64,000 nucleotides of DNA from an uncultured Acidobacteriota bacterium (GCA_963721405.1 CAVRJA010000010.1:78393-142392), one strand, 5' to 3'. Numbered from the stretch's first letter, positions 53,811 through 63,656 are shown. The notes: a model not told the origin generated them from the sequence alone. Translations and numbers: made by a program.

Positions 53811-56333
53811 TCAATGCATTTTAGAAAAAAGCGGCGGCTCTTCCTGTCGATCGGGACGTTTAGGATAACTCTTCCACACCATGTCGCAGGCGCCGCGCGG
53901 ATTGGTGAGTAAGAACTTCAACCAGTCAACAGGCCTTTTGACGGCATCGTTCTTTGCAAGTGCTGCGCCGAATGCTGGCAGAAACACCCGCCGTAGATGC
54001 CAGCGCAATGTAGTAACATTACCGTGACGAGAAAGACCTGGTTCCATTTCTATAAAGATGGCTCTGCGAACCAGCTCTCGGGCGAGCTGCTGTTGTTCTG
54101 TGGTAAGAGTTTCAACGACGCTTCCTGCTCCCTGATCGAGTTCAATTCTAGGGCACTGCGGCGGAGTAGTAGTCGCCCCCTTCTTATGCCATCGCCCATG
54201 TTGGAGGATATTGCGGACGAGAGTTCCAAACGCAGTTACAACCGCATACATCTCCGGACCACATGGAAAATGTCGCTTGATAGCCTCAAAGAGCTCTCTG
54301 GATGCGCTCACGATTGCCTCGTGCTGTATGGTTTTCGCGACGCGATCCGTCGAGTCCCTAGTCACACCACCGCGTTCAAAGATCCTCCGATATACAAGGA
54401 GCAGTGTCGATACGTCTCCGGAACAGACATTGGCAATGCATTCTAAGCCGTGGTATTGATCGAGAATTCTCCCATCGTGTTTTTCGGCTAATGCGCGGCC
54501 GAGAGAGCCTTCGGGCCATTCGGATGGACCGATCAGTGTTTCAGCTCTCCCCTGATAGCCTGCCGCCTTAAGGCGGTTGTCCAGAAGTTCGATTGCAAAT
54601 GCTCTCGCGCGATCCACCTGATCGAAATCGTCAAGGGCGACAAACTCCCGTCCGCAATCTATTTCGATCATCTCGCGGCTAACATCTACCGTTGCGCCAA
54701 GTGCGTCTGTAAGTACAGCACCATATTTCTCGGATGATAGTTTGAAAACGTGGGAGGATCTTCTCTCCCATATCACCTGATTCAGGACCATTTGCACGTC
54801 ATCAGGCAATCGATGCGAAGAAAAATCATCAACGAGAAAAGCAATGCGTGTTTTGCCGAAATACGATATTCGTCGCGCCAAAAGGCTACTAAGGTCTCCC
54901 AGGAAGGAATCGCCCGTACATTTGATCAGGTTGAGCCCACTAAGCATTTGCGAATGGGTCGAAAACATTTCTCCTTCGATTGCTTCTGCGACTTGCACAA
55001 GACGCGACACACCCTGCATCCGAGGACGAGATGAAGGACCGAGAGATTCGAGGATAAATTCACAGATCTCTTTCTCTTGGGAGTCGCCGAGTCCCCAGAA
55101 AGTTGTCCGGTCCTCCCGCGCAGCGATAAGGAAGAGCGTATGGACTATCTCTCGTGCCAAGAGAAGATTGAAATAGTGGACAATCTCCCGTCGAAAGCGC
55201 TGCGCCAGAGCTGCGCTCCGAATCCAGCCGAGCTTGTTTTGGAGATCACTACTGCAGGAAACATAGAATCCGGCGACGCGTAACCGCTCTATATCTGCTG
55301 CGGGTTTGTCGAGGTGTGCCTTGAGGCTTAACCATCTAAAGATAGTGGATTTACCGCATCCTCGTGGACCAGTTACCAGACATGGGTCTGGACCATCGAT
55401 CTTTTCTAATAGTGGGCACGAGAGAGCAAACATGCTCACGAGGAGTCGATCATCGGCAATGTGCTCAGCGGAAATGAACTCGAATGGAGATGTTGGAACG
55501 CCACCCTTCTCCGACTGCCAAGAACTTGCGCGCGTATACGCAAGCTCGAACTGCTGTACGATTTGAAGCGGATCACGAAGGGCTATACTTGGATCATCGT
55601 CGAGCATTGAGCGTAACAGTCGCGCTGCATCAGCGAGAAATCGGCGATCCCTAACTGTCAGCAGCCGTCGCGCGTGCACAGTATTCCAAATGAGAACGAG
55701 ATGATCGACGAAATGGCGATGATCGTCCTTTGGCTTACAAGTCGGTGCGTCCGATGGCTTCATGCTTCCCGTATCGATAATCTTGATTGACCACTGCGGA
55801 AAGAGATCAGCCGGCGCAGGGCGAGCGAGCATCACGTTATCAGCGTGCAGATCATCGTGTCTAAGGCCAACCGCCTGAAGTACTCCCAAGCCAGAGCATA
55901 CGCCCTTCACGTACGCGAGCAAGAACGATGGAGTGACAAGATCTTTCTGATCCTCGATGAAGCGCGTAAGCGTTAGCCCATCGATCCACTCTTCCACAAA
56001 GCAAACAAATTTCTGTTCAGCAAGGGATCCAAAGGTCAGTTCTACGAGCCCGGCGTCGACGAAGTGTGCAAACTCTCGGTACGGCTCAAGAACGGAAGCT
56101 CTCGAAAGCTCCTGCAAATAGGAATGGTGTTGGTAGTCATCGTAGGTACAAAGCTTCATGGCCCTCTTGCGGCCAAATTCATCGCGAATCCGCCAGACCG
56201 CGCCCTTAAAGCCCGCTGCGATTGGTGCTTCAGTGGTATAGGTCTTATTGTTCACAGTGGCGGAAGGTGGCAGGAATTCCGGTCCGAGAAGATGTCGGCG
56301 CTGCTCTTCAGTAAGTTCAATACGTTTTGGCAT
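53811..56333 (-). CDS. Protein kinase fused to an ORC-CDC6-like P-loop ATPase
   Basis: Kinase: AGFKGAVW, AMK, HDDLHADN, DTG. ATPase: Walker A GPRGCGKS, Walker B FLVDD. Confidence 0.8.
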   Translation of the reverse strand: MPKRIELTEEQRRHLLGPEFLPPSATVNNKTYTTEAPIAAGFKGAVWRIRDEFGRKRAMKLCTYDDYQHHSYLQELSRASVLEPYREFAHFVDAGLVELTFGSLAEQKFVCFVEEWIDGLTLTRFIEDQKDLVTPSFLLAYVKGVCSGLGVLQAVGLRHDDLHADNVMLARPAPADLFPQWSIKIIDTGSMKPSDAPTCKPKDDHRHFVDHLVLIWNTVHARRLLTVRDRRFLADAARLLRSMLDDDPSIALRDPLQIVQQFELAYTRASSWQSEKGGVPTSPFEFISAEHIADDRLLVSMFALSCPLLEKIDGPDPCLVTGPRGCGKSTIFRWLSLKAHLDKPAADIERLRVAGFYVSCSSDLQNKLGWIRSAALAQRFRREIVHYFNLLLAREIVHTLFLIAAREDRTTFWGLGDSQEKEICEFILESLGPSSRPRMQGVSRLVQVAEAIEGEMFSTHSQMLSGLNLIKCTGDSFLGDLSSLLARRISYFGKTRIAFLVDDFSSHRLPDDVQMVLNQVIWERRSSHVFKLSSEKYGAVLTDALGATVDVSREMIEIDCGREFVALDDFDQVDRARAFAIELLDNRLKAAGYQGRAETLIGPSEWPEGSLGRALAEKHDGRILDQYHGLECIANVCSGDVSTLLLVYRRIFERGGVTRDSTDRVAKTIQHEAIVSASRELFEAIKRHFPCGPEMYAVVTAFGTLVRNILQHGRWHKKGATTTPPQCPRIELDQGAGSVVETLTTEQQQLARELVRRAIFIEMEPGLSRHGNVTTLRWHLRRVFLPAFGAALAKNDAVKRPVDWLKFLLTNPRGACDMVWKSYPKRPDRQEEPPLFSKMH

Positions 56334-56353
56334 TCGCAGATCCCCCGGTAACT

Positions 56354-57175
56354 TTATTGCTGGTCCATTTCATTAAGGATGTCCGCCGCCTCAGGTGAGT
56401 TTGGAGCAAGTGACCTAAGGAATCGGTCCAATCGATCCCTGAGCGTTCTTGAAAGGCGCGTGGCAAATAGGACATGCTCCTCAAAAGCCTCGAATGCGAC
56501 AGGCGCCACTGCCCGAACGATCTGAGCCATCACTTCTGCGTATTGGCGAATCTCATACTGAGCTTGTCTATCGAGTCTGAGCCGGAGGAAGTGGAATAGA
56601 TTGTGCAGATCGATTTGCCAATACCACTGAGTGTAGCTGCTCAGAGGGAGGTTTATCCTCGCCAGCTCGCGCGCAACGTCGTCGTGCAATAGCTCATCAT
56701 AACTGGCGTAAGCAGACGCCTGATCATGCCTAAAAATATCAAGCACCCTCTCTTGAATTTCCCGGCGTAGTTCCTCGGCGCCGCGTCCTTGCTTATTACG
56801 CTTACTCTGCTTCTTGATTTGATCGATCGCCGGCAAATAAAACTCACTTGGAATCACGCTGTAGCGACCAGAGACCTCGTTTAGCCTCGCCGTTCGATGC
56901 CGAACCCATTGACGGGCGACGAAGATGGGCATTTTGGCATGAAATGTAATGATCACCTGCTCGAACGGCGACGTATGAAGATTGCGCATCAAATAATGGA
57001 TTAGCGCTGCATCCTCTCTCACACCTTTCGTTCCAGCACCATATGAGACACGGGCGGCTGCAACGATCCTCGCATCCCCGCCGAGATAATCTACGAGGCG
57101 CACGAAACCATGATCGAGGACAGGGAACTCTTTGTCGATAATGGCGTCCGCTTCAGGAACGCTTATCCGTGGCAT
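56354..57175 (-). CDS. thyX: FAD-dependent thymidylate synthase
   Basis: AARVSY, HTSPFEQ, RQWVRHRTARLNEVSGRY (RHRx7S), RELARINLP, AQYEIR. Confidence 0.93.
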   Translation of the reverse strand: MPRISVPEADAIIDKEFPVLDHGFVRLVDYLGGDARIVAAARVSYGAGTKGVREDAALIHYLMRNLHTSPFEQVIITFHAKMPIFVARQWVRHRTARLNEVSGRYSVIPSEFYLPAIDQIKKQSKRNKQGRGAEELRREIQERVLDIFRHDQASAYASYDELLHDDVARELARINLPLSSYTQWYWQIDLHNLFHFLRLRLDRQAQYEIRQYAEVMAQIVRAVAPVAFEAFEEHVLFATRLSRTLRDRLDRFLRSLAPNSPEAADILNEMDQQ

Positions 57176-57250
57176 TGAACGCTCCGATCTCCTGGAAATT
57201 CAGGCGCGAGGAGGACTCCGACCAGGCTAATTTTGGGGCACGAAGAGTTT

Positions 57251-58405
57251 TCATACATGCCCGTCCTCCTGCTTTAACCAAATCGACCAGTCATATTTTG
57301 ACCACGATTTGTACTTATCATCCCAGGACAACCTTGATAGCAGCCAGCGTTCGCGGAAGTACTCGAAAATGGCCTGTTCAGATTGGTGATACCACAGCAA
57401 GCGCGAGTGTGCGCCACGAAGGAATGCCTGCGTGTTTCGAGCGAGTGGGATAACAAAGACTTCTCGATGTATCCCATGATAAACCAAATCGCTCGACAGA
57501 CCGAGGGCGGGGAGACACTTCTTGATGATCTCTCGTCGGTTGCGGAATCCTGTTCCCCATCGTGCCTGCTTTGCAGTGGGTGCGCAATGTTTCTCAGCGA
57601 AGATTGAAATCGAACTATAGAGACCGTTTGAAAAGTGGAACTCCCCAGAACCTTTGGTGAAGCCAACGCTGCGATAAAGGAGCCGTTGGTCTAACTTGAG
57701 TCTATTGTAGATTGAAGAACGTCCCAAAGCAGAGGTAGTCGTGATCATTGCAAGGCGTCCGTCATGTACCCTTCGTCTGATGAGAGATCGCGCGCCTCCA
57801 TATTTTTTCTTAAAGGCATCACGCACTGTATCGCTCGTGGCCAGCATTGCCACCAGCTTTCCGCACAACAGATAGGAGTAGGGCGGCACGGCTCCCAAGA
57901 CAAAAGCATCCATTACGTTTCGTAACCGCTTCTTTCGATCAGAGTGTGTCCAACCGACCCATTCATCGCGCGGCCGCAAGCTATAGACCGGGTCTCCTAA
58001 ACCGACCAGACCTATGAGCTTTCCATTGAATTCATCGATTACCAAAAATCGCAATCGTCTTCCGTAACCGGAAGAAATGGGAATACTCCAATGAAGACTT
58101 GCATACCGAAAGAGGAGTTCCTCCTCCGATTCAGGATGAACTTCTACGAGGCGAGGATGGATCTTCGATGGTACGATTTCACTTCCCGATGCAACATATT
58201 GAAGTAGCTGCCCCTCCTTCCGATAAAGGCCGTCCTTCGCTCGCTCGATTCGATGTCTGACAGACGTTTCATGAAGCTGGCGCATTCTCTCTTTCGAGAA
58301 ATCCTCTGGGGCAACAATCACTCCGTTTCGGACGCAGAAGCCCTGAGCAATAAGAGATCGAATAACTTGATCTCGCAGGTCTTTCCGCCCGACTCCACGG
58401 CTCAC
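57251..58405 (-). CDS. druA: DruA-like (DUF4338) protein
   Basis: WSIPISSGYGRRLRFLV.D..NGKLIG...LGDPV..L..RD.WVGW, GAVPPY..LL.GKLVA, TTTSALGRSSIYNRL; GTG start inferred (track start 58618). Confidence 0.82.
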   Translation of the reverse strand: MSRGVGRKDLRDQVIRSLIAQGFCVRNGVIVAPEDFSKERMRQLHETSVRHRIERAKDGLYRKEGQLLQYVASGSEIVPSKIHPRLVEVHPESEEELLFRYASLHWSIPISSGYGRRLRFLVIDEFNGKLIGLVGLGDPVYSLRPRDEWVGWTHSDRKKRLRNVMDAFVLGAVPPYSYLLCGKLVAMLATSDTVRDAFKKKYGGARSLIRRRVHDGRLAMITTTSALGRSSIYNRLKLDQRLLYRSVGFTKGSGEFHFSNGLYSSISIFAEKHCAPTAKQARWGTGFRNRREIIKKCLPALGLSSDLVYHGIHREVFVIPLARNTQAFLRGAHSRLLWYHQSEQAIFEYFRERWLLSRLSWDDKYKSWSKYDWSIWLKQEDGHV

Positions 58406-58824
58406 TGATTTATCTCCACGGTCTGCAAAAGATCCTCGATTTCCTCCTGGCAATCCAACGCAGATTTGACCAGGGACGCTGCTAAACATTGACTCTCGGC
58501 CGAGATCGTCTGGGGCGGTTGGCGGACGAAATGCACGGCTAGGCTGCGGCCTTCCGCTGCGACGCTCGCAAACCACGGGAGCATTCCATAATTGGTGAAG
58601 CCAGGCAAATCTCAGCAACCGCGGGAGATCCGCTTTCCTTCCGCGGCTTTACCCTGCTTCGGAACCTAATGCTGCTTGAAAACCCACATTTTACCACTAA
58701 TTCCATAAGACGTGCGAGCTCAGTACGTCACACGCAGTTTGGTGTCGACCTGACCAAATTTGCACATTGGATGTCTTAACGGCGCCATAACATGAAGTAA
58801 TGCCAATTCCTGCGAACCGAAGAT

Positions 58825-59055
58825 CTATTGATCTATCTTTTCATCGCAGAGCAAGTTGTCGGGATTGACGTTTACGAGCCGCTGTCGCCCGCACAGCCGA
58901 ACCCTAATCCTGATGCGATACCTGCACACACGTACGATCTCGCCTGGAATGCGTTGCACTCTCCATCCCGTCAGGATCGAGCGCCCCGGGGAGCGAAGCC
59001 AGATTACGCGGTCACCCGGCTTCATCAATGACATCGCAATCTCCATGGTTGTCAA
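58825..59055 (-). CDS. Small basic hypothetical protein (SH3/KOW-like)
   Basis: MKPGDRVIW...IPGEIVRV..RIRIRV; ATGA overlap with the upstream ATPase. Confidence 0.5.
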   Translation of the reverse strand: MTTMEIAMSLMKPGDRVIWLRSPGRSILTGWRVQRIPGEIVRVCRYRIRIRVRLCGRQRLVNVNPDNLLCDEKIDQ

Positions 59056-59773
59056 AGCTCAACAGCCTTACACATGTCGTCCAAGCGACGGACAATGGCT
59101 GGGTGCATGCGTTCGCGTTCGACCAGGTCGCGCATCGAGTAGTTACCGGTCACGGTCAGGCCGTGCTTCTGGCGGTAGAGGCTGTCGACCAGGTCAAAGA
59201 GGACCTCGGTTTTGAAATCGGTCAGCTTTAGCTTGTCGATATCGTCCCAGAAGAGGTGGTACGGGTGGCGCCTGGATGCTGCAGCGATCACTGGCGACAC
59301 GAAATCCTCGTCGAATTCGGCGCTCCTCAGCTCTTCGACCAATTCGCGGGTCGTGCGCACATGGCATCGAACCTGGCCGACGGTCACCAGTTCCCGGTAC
59401 TGCGCGTAGAGCAAGTGAGTCTTCCCGTTGCCATACGCGCCGGTCAGATACCAGCTGCTATCGGGATCCTTGCGCATTAGGGACAGAGCCGCTGCTGCTT
59501 CGGATCGCGTGGCTTGAAGGATTCGAACGAACTGTCCCGGAACCGTTCTGGGATCAGCGCCAGACCCCGCATCCGTGCTTTTTCCGCCACGCACTCGCAC
59601 TGCCGCATGCCGGCACTGCCTGGCAGGTCCACTCGGCGCCAGCCGCTATCCATGCAATGCCGGCATTCAGACTCGGGCTCATTGCCGCGGGAGACAGATG
59701 GGATCGCCGCGGCTGGTTCTCCGGGTTGAAGTTCCACCGGGTTTGCAGTCAAGATCCGGGCTACTGATTGCAT
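59052..59773 (-). pseudogene. DnaC/IstB-like helicase loader, frameshifted
   Basis: CxxC..CxC, IPERF...F in one frame; GAYGNGKT and FWDDIDK in another; frame switch near 59490. Confidence 0.8.
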
Positions 59774-60041
59774 GGTTTCCTCCGTTTCCGTTGATCGGCG
59801 CCGCCGCGGGTCCGTCGTATTTCCCCTCGAGGACGGCGTAGATGTTCACTTGATTTGCAACGAACCAGTCGAAGCTCGCCCGCCAACCGCGTGCGCCTTC
59901 CCCACGAAGGAAGGGTGTTGACTGAGCTTTTTTGACTGCTGCGCTGAAGTCTGCGAGGTATTGTTCAAGGCATCCGTCGCGGACGGCCTGGTCAATCCTT
60001 GACCGGCACCTTTTCAGCCTTTCGGCTGTCATCTCCTCCAC
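59679..60041 (-). pseudogene. C-terminal remnant of a phage-type replication initiator
   Basis: PFLRGEGARGWRASFDW...VLEGKY, upstream of the DnaC-like gene. Confidence 0.65.
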
Positions 60042-60384
60042 CTCGGGCAGTGACTAGTTTGCTGCCGGTAGATTTCGAGAAGAATGTTCGGGGACTCGCG
60101 CGCGCCGGCGTCGAAGGGCTGCGGAAGAACCCTCTCAGGAATGCGCCGAACTCACAGTCTAACGTTAGACTGAAGACCGCTGCGACGGAAACACCCTTGC
60201 GCTTACGATTCTGGATGGCACATTTCGTATCTGACTCGGGTTTTTGTGCAAGGACGGCGAGAGATCACACCAAGACCAAGCGAGCACCATGGCACCATAA
60301 GGGGGCAGAAAACGACTGATGCCGCATTATCTGCTCCCAGGGAGGAGAGTCATCTAGGACCCCCGCCCGGGGGGCAACCAGTGG

Positions 60385-60556
60385 ACTGTGCCCAAACTGT
60401 GCCCATCAGGATGAAAAAGAGGGCAAAATGAAGCAATTCCAGGCAACAATCTTGATATTGCTGAATGCGGGGCATGTGACTGGAAATGCATCATTTATAA
60501 CCTGTTGCGCCGGCTGCGACGATTATTGGTTTTCGGTCTTCAAATCCAGTGGGGCT
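60385..60556 (+). other. att-site remnant with a tRNA-Sec anticodon fragment
   Basis: ACTGTGCCCA x2 arm-type repeat (60385-60405), then CTTCAAATCCAGTGGGG (60538-60554) resembling the selC anticodon arm. Confidence 0.55.
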
Positions 60557-60814
60557 CGGTGCAAGGGAAACTATGCCGCCGGGATCATCCAGTTGCGGTA
60601 ATCGTCCACTATGGGGCGCCAGTTTCCAAGATTCATCTGCTCCGACGACGTTGAGCCCCTGGTTTCTCATCTTGTCAGGCATCCGGCTTGGTGGCAGTTC
60701 TGGTGGCAGTTTCATCAGAATCCAGGAAGGTTCACCGGAAGGCGAATTGCGTCGAAACCGCATTTTATGCGGGTTTTGAGTGTTCCTGGGTGTGGGTGGA
60801 TAGGGTCGTTATCC

Positions 60815-60865
60815 ACTCTTAATCAGTAGGTTGAAGGTTCGATTCCTTCACGGCTCACCAATAAA
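60815..60865 (+). repeat. 3' half of tRNA-Lys(CTT); right copy of the 51-bp direct repeat
   Basis: Identical to 34608-34658; followed by IHF-like AATCAATATCTTA and GTTTTGCTACC x2. Confidence 0.92.
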
Positions 60866-60962
60866 ATCAATATCTTACAGATCATCCTCCCGCTCCACGA
60901 CTGGTTTTGCTACCGTTTTGCTACCACTCGCTTTTTCTGAGTCGTCACTCGCCGCCTGAATT

Positions 60963-61372
60963 TCAGAGGCGACATTGTCTAGCCGGGTCCACGGCGGCCT
61001 TGTTTCCCATCGGCAGCCACTTGCCGTACGTGTCTACGGTCAACTGGATCGACGCATGCCCGAGTTGGCGCTGAACGTACGCCGGGGACTCGCCGTTCTG
61101 GAGCAGCTGGGAGGCAAACGTGTGCCTCAGGCAGTGCGGAGTGAAATGGGGCGGCAGCCCCGCGGCTTTGAGGGCGCGGAAGAAGACCTTTCGGAGGTTG
61201 CTCCCGTCGAGCATGGTCCCGTCACCGGAGATGAACACCAGCTTGGGAATGTCACCCTTGCCGGCCCGGAACCATTCCTTTTTCCGCTCTCTCCGCATCT
61301 CTTCAAGCGCCAGGGCGAGCTGCCCGCTCATGTCCACGTCCCTGCCGTGGCCCGACTTTGGCGTTTCGATCT
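60963..61372 (-). pseudogene. Tyrosine integrase C-terminal remnant
   Basis: TPKSG, HCLRHTFAS, QLGHASI..T...Y; N-terminus deleted. Confidence 0.85.
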
Positions 61373-61579
61373 AATCCGGGCGGCTTTCTCAACGGTGAGG
61401 AGCCTCTCGCCTTCCTTGCCGGAATGGTTCTCCCCGTCGCTCTCCAATTCAGAAAGCCTCGTTCGCAATCGTGCATCCAAGGATGCAACCTCACCGATTA
61501 GAACGCAGAGTTCCTTCTTGGTGAGCTTTCCCAAGCTCTGCTCGTCTGCTCTGATCTGGTCCAGACTCATGCACATCAC
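61373..61579 (-). pseudogene. Truncated excisionase-like HTH protein
   Basis: ERLLTVEKAARI (HTH_17-like start), broken at the junction with the integrase remnant. Confidence 0.55.
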
Positions 61580-61625
61580 GGTAATTGCGTGGGAGTTTTC
61601 TGTTTTTGCCCAAAAGCCTCGCTAC

Positions 61626-63368
61626 TCAATGTTCTCTATTTTCCTCCGACGGCTCGGCTCGCTCTCGTTCGCAGTTTACAAATGCCCAGCTATCAGGATC
61701 GAAGGCATATTGTACGGCCCGGAGGGCAGCGCGATGCCCGAAGAGGTATTCCAGGTTCAGGAACGGAAATTTGCGGGCGTATTTCAGATTCGCCCATAAG
61801 AACTGTGGCGGATACAGATGCACGTTGATGACCCCCTTCTGCTGCAGCTGACCACAGGTAGCCCACGACTGGAAAAGGCAAGCCTGGTTGTATTCCCGCA
61901 ACTCAGGGCCTCCAACATTCATCGGATCAGGAAGTTTCAGCATGGCGGCGGCCTCTCGAACCAACTTGAGCCACCTCTCCTCAAAGACATACAAGTCATC
62001 AGAGCTTTCCGGCAGCTCCCGCTTCCAGCGCCGAAAACTCCCAATGATCAGAGCGACTCCGTGGACACTGGAGAGGAATTCCGCGGTGCCGAGCCACTTT
62101 ACGGAAGGGGCCTTTCCGCTGTGGTGCAGCCGGTAGCGCCCCAAGACGGCAGCGAAAACACCCAGCGGTTCCAAGCCCGGATACTCTGATATGAATCTGT
62201 CCGCCGCCATCATCGCGTCACGGACATAGGCGGGGCAACCCGCGAGCTGAATGAAGCCGCGGGTCCATCCATAGGCCGTCTCGAAGGCGTGTCCCCACGC
62301 GTTTAGCAGCCGGCTCAATTCTGACTCGTCAGAATCCGGACCGCCCCATTGGATTTTTTTTGCCAAGGGTGGCCTGTCGAGTGCTCCCTGTCGCACGTCC
62401 GATGTTTTCCGCAAACGCTTTGTGGGCATCGACTTCAAACTAGAAATGTCCGGCTTCGGAGATTCCGCTTGCGAGTCTAACCTTCTGGGAATAAATGACT
62501 TGGCTGGGGGAGTGTCCCCTTTGCCGCCGTTCTTATCTACAAATATATTTTTATTATTACTATTAAGAAAAAGAGATAGTCTGTAGATAAGATCGAGGGT
62601 ATCGTGGACACTATCCCCTACAAGTCCTTGAATCGCGACAGCTTCTCGCAATCCTGAATTGAAGCGTGAGCGGACATCTTTGGGTGCAACATCCCTCCAA
62701 TCAAGGCACTGCCGCTCCGCGATCTGTCGGGTGAACTCTGCAACCTCTTGCTCCAGCTGGCCAAGTTTCCCCCTTTCCCCGTCCGGCAGATCCATCAGCC
62801 GTTGCACGAGCTCAAGGATGTGCTCGCCGGTCAGAGGTGCCAGAAGATCGAGATATTCCCCCTGCCGGTGAAACGCTGCCAGAAGGGCGTCGTCCATGAG
62901 CTTAATCAAGATACGAGCCTCGTTCAGCATCCTTGCCGTCTGTGCCAAGAGCGTCCCCCCAGTGATCGTTGAGACACCCGAAAACAGCTCCTGCACCCGG
63001 ACGAACGGCACGAACGCATCTGTGCGGCCTTTGCCTGAGAATCCGACCAGGTAGAGTTCCCCAACGCGCAGCCTCTGGATGCGGGCAATCACGCCGACGT
63101 TTGACAGGGCGGCAAGCAAGGCACGGACAGTTCTCTCCGCGACGCTGCAGGCGTGCGCAAGTTGCTTCACGGGCAAGATGACCGCAATCTCCCCGGGCCA
63201 CAACCGGGCTTCTGCTGGCGGCCGATTTTCTCCGCTCACCGCTTCGGCAATCGCCAAATTCAGAGCGTTGAGGATCTTGCGCACAGCGACCGAAGTAGTT
63301 CGGCGCGATACGCCACGCTCATGCGACGGGGGGTTTGGAAATCGTGATATACTCCTCATTGTCTTCAC
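61626..63368 (-). CDS. Hypothetical protein, possible replication initiator of the second element
   Basis: N-terminal wHTH-like VKQLAHACSVAERTVRALL..L; internal AT-rich tract. Confidence 0.55.
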   Translation of the reverse strand: MKTMRSISRFPNPPSHERGVSRRTTSVAVRKILNALNLAIAEAVSGENRPPAEARLWPGEIAVILPVKQLAHACSVAERTVRALLAALSNVGVIARIQRLRVGELYLVGFSGKGRTDAFVPFVRVQELFSGVSTITGGTLLAQTARMLNEARILIKLMDDALLAAFHRQGEYLDLLAPLTGEHILELVQRLMDLPDGERGKLGQLEQEVAEFTRQIAERQCLDWRDVAPKDVRSRFNSGLREAVAIQGLVGDSVHDTLDLIYRLSLFLNSNNKNIFVDKNGGKGDTPPAKSFIPRRLDSQAESPKPDISSLKSMPTKRLRKTSDVRQGALDRPPLAKKIQWGGPDSDESELSRLLNAWGHAFETAYGWTRGFIQLAGCPAYVRDAMMAADRFISEYPGLEPLGVFAAVLGRYRLHHSGKAPSVKWLGTAEFLSSVHGVALIIGSFRRWKRELPESSDDLYVFEERWLKLVREAAAMLKLPDPMNVGGPELREYNQACLFQSWATCGQLQQKGVINVHLYPPQFLWANLKYARKFPFLNLEYLFGHRAALRAVQYAFDPDSWAFVNCERERAEPSEENREH

Positions 63369-63410
63369 CTTGGTTTCTGGCCCGCCATTCCTCGCCGGAG
63401 GCGGGCCTGT

Positions 63411-63656
63411 TTATTTTTCCACTCTATGTCTGGCTTCGCGTTCTGCCGCCAGCCTCTCAACATCAGCCCGGCGGAATATCCGCACGCCCGATGCGGAGCG
63501 CAAAGCCGCCAACTTGCCGGAGCGCTCCCACGCGATCACGGTCGCCCCCGCCACCCCCGTCGCTCGGGCGACCTCCCCCGTCAATAAGAACTCGCTCTCA
63601 CTGCCTTTCTCCTTCGATTTCATTTCCACCCTCCACTTTTCTGCTTCCAGCATAGT
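63411..63656 (-). CDS. MerR-type HTH/excisionase-like protein
   Basis: LLTGEVARATGVAGATVIAWERSGKL...SGVRIFRRADV; start approximate. Confidence 0.75.
   Translation of the reverse strand, partial: TMLEAEKWRVEMKSKEKGSESEFLLTGEVARATGVAGATVIAWERSGKLAALRSASGVRIFRRADVERLAAEREARHRVEK

Larger units (their letters stand above)
34608..60865. mobile_element. Composite genomic island (about 26 kb) bounded by tRNA-Lys 3'-half direct repeats
   Basis: Identical 51-bp repeats; contains radC, resolvase, IS, replication remnants and lower-GC defence-like cargo. Confidence 0.8.

Noticed and set aside
58402-58608. Fifth gene of the DruA operon (68 aa, GTGA overlap)
   Set aside because: Weak start, no motif; cannot be supported without homologues.
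52634-58618. Complete Druantia system
   Set aside because: Only a DruA-like gene; no DruE-like helicase or recognisable DruB-D in the window.
59477-59500. Programmed frameshift in the DnaC-like gene
   Set aside because: No slippery heptamer, and the neighbouring initiator is truncated, so decay or a sequence error is likelier.
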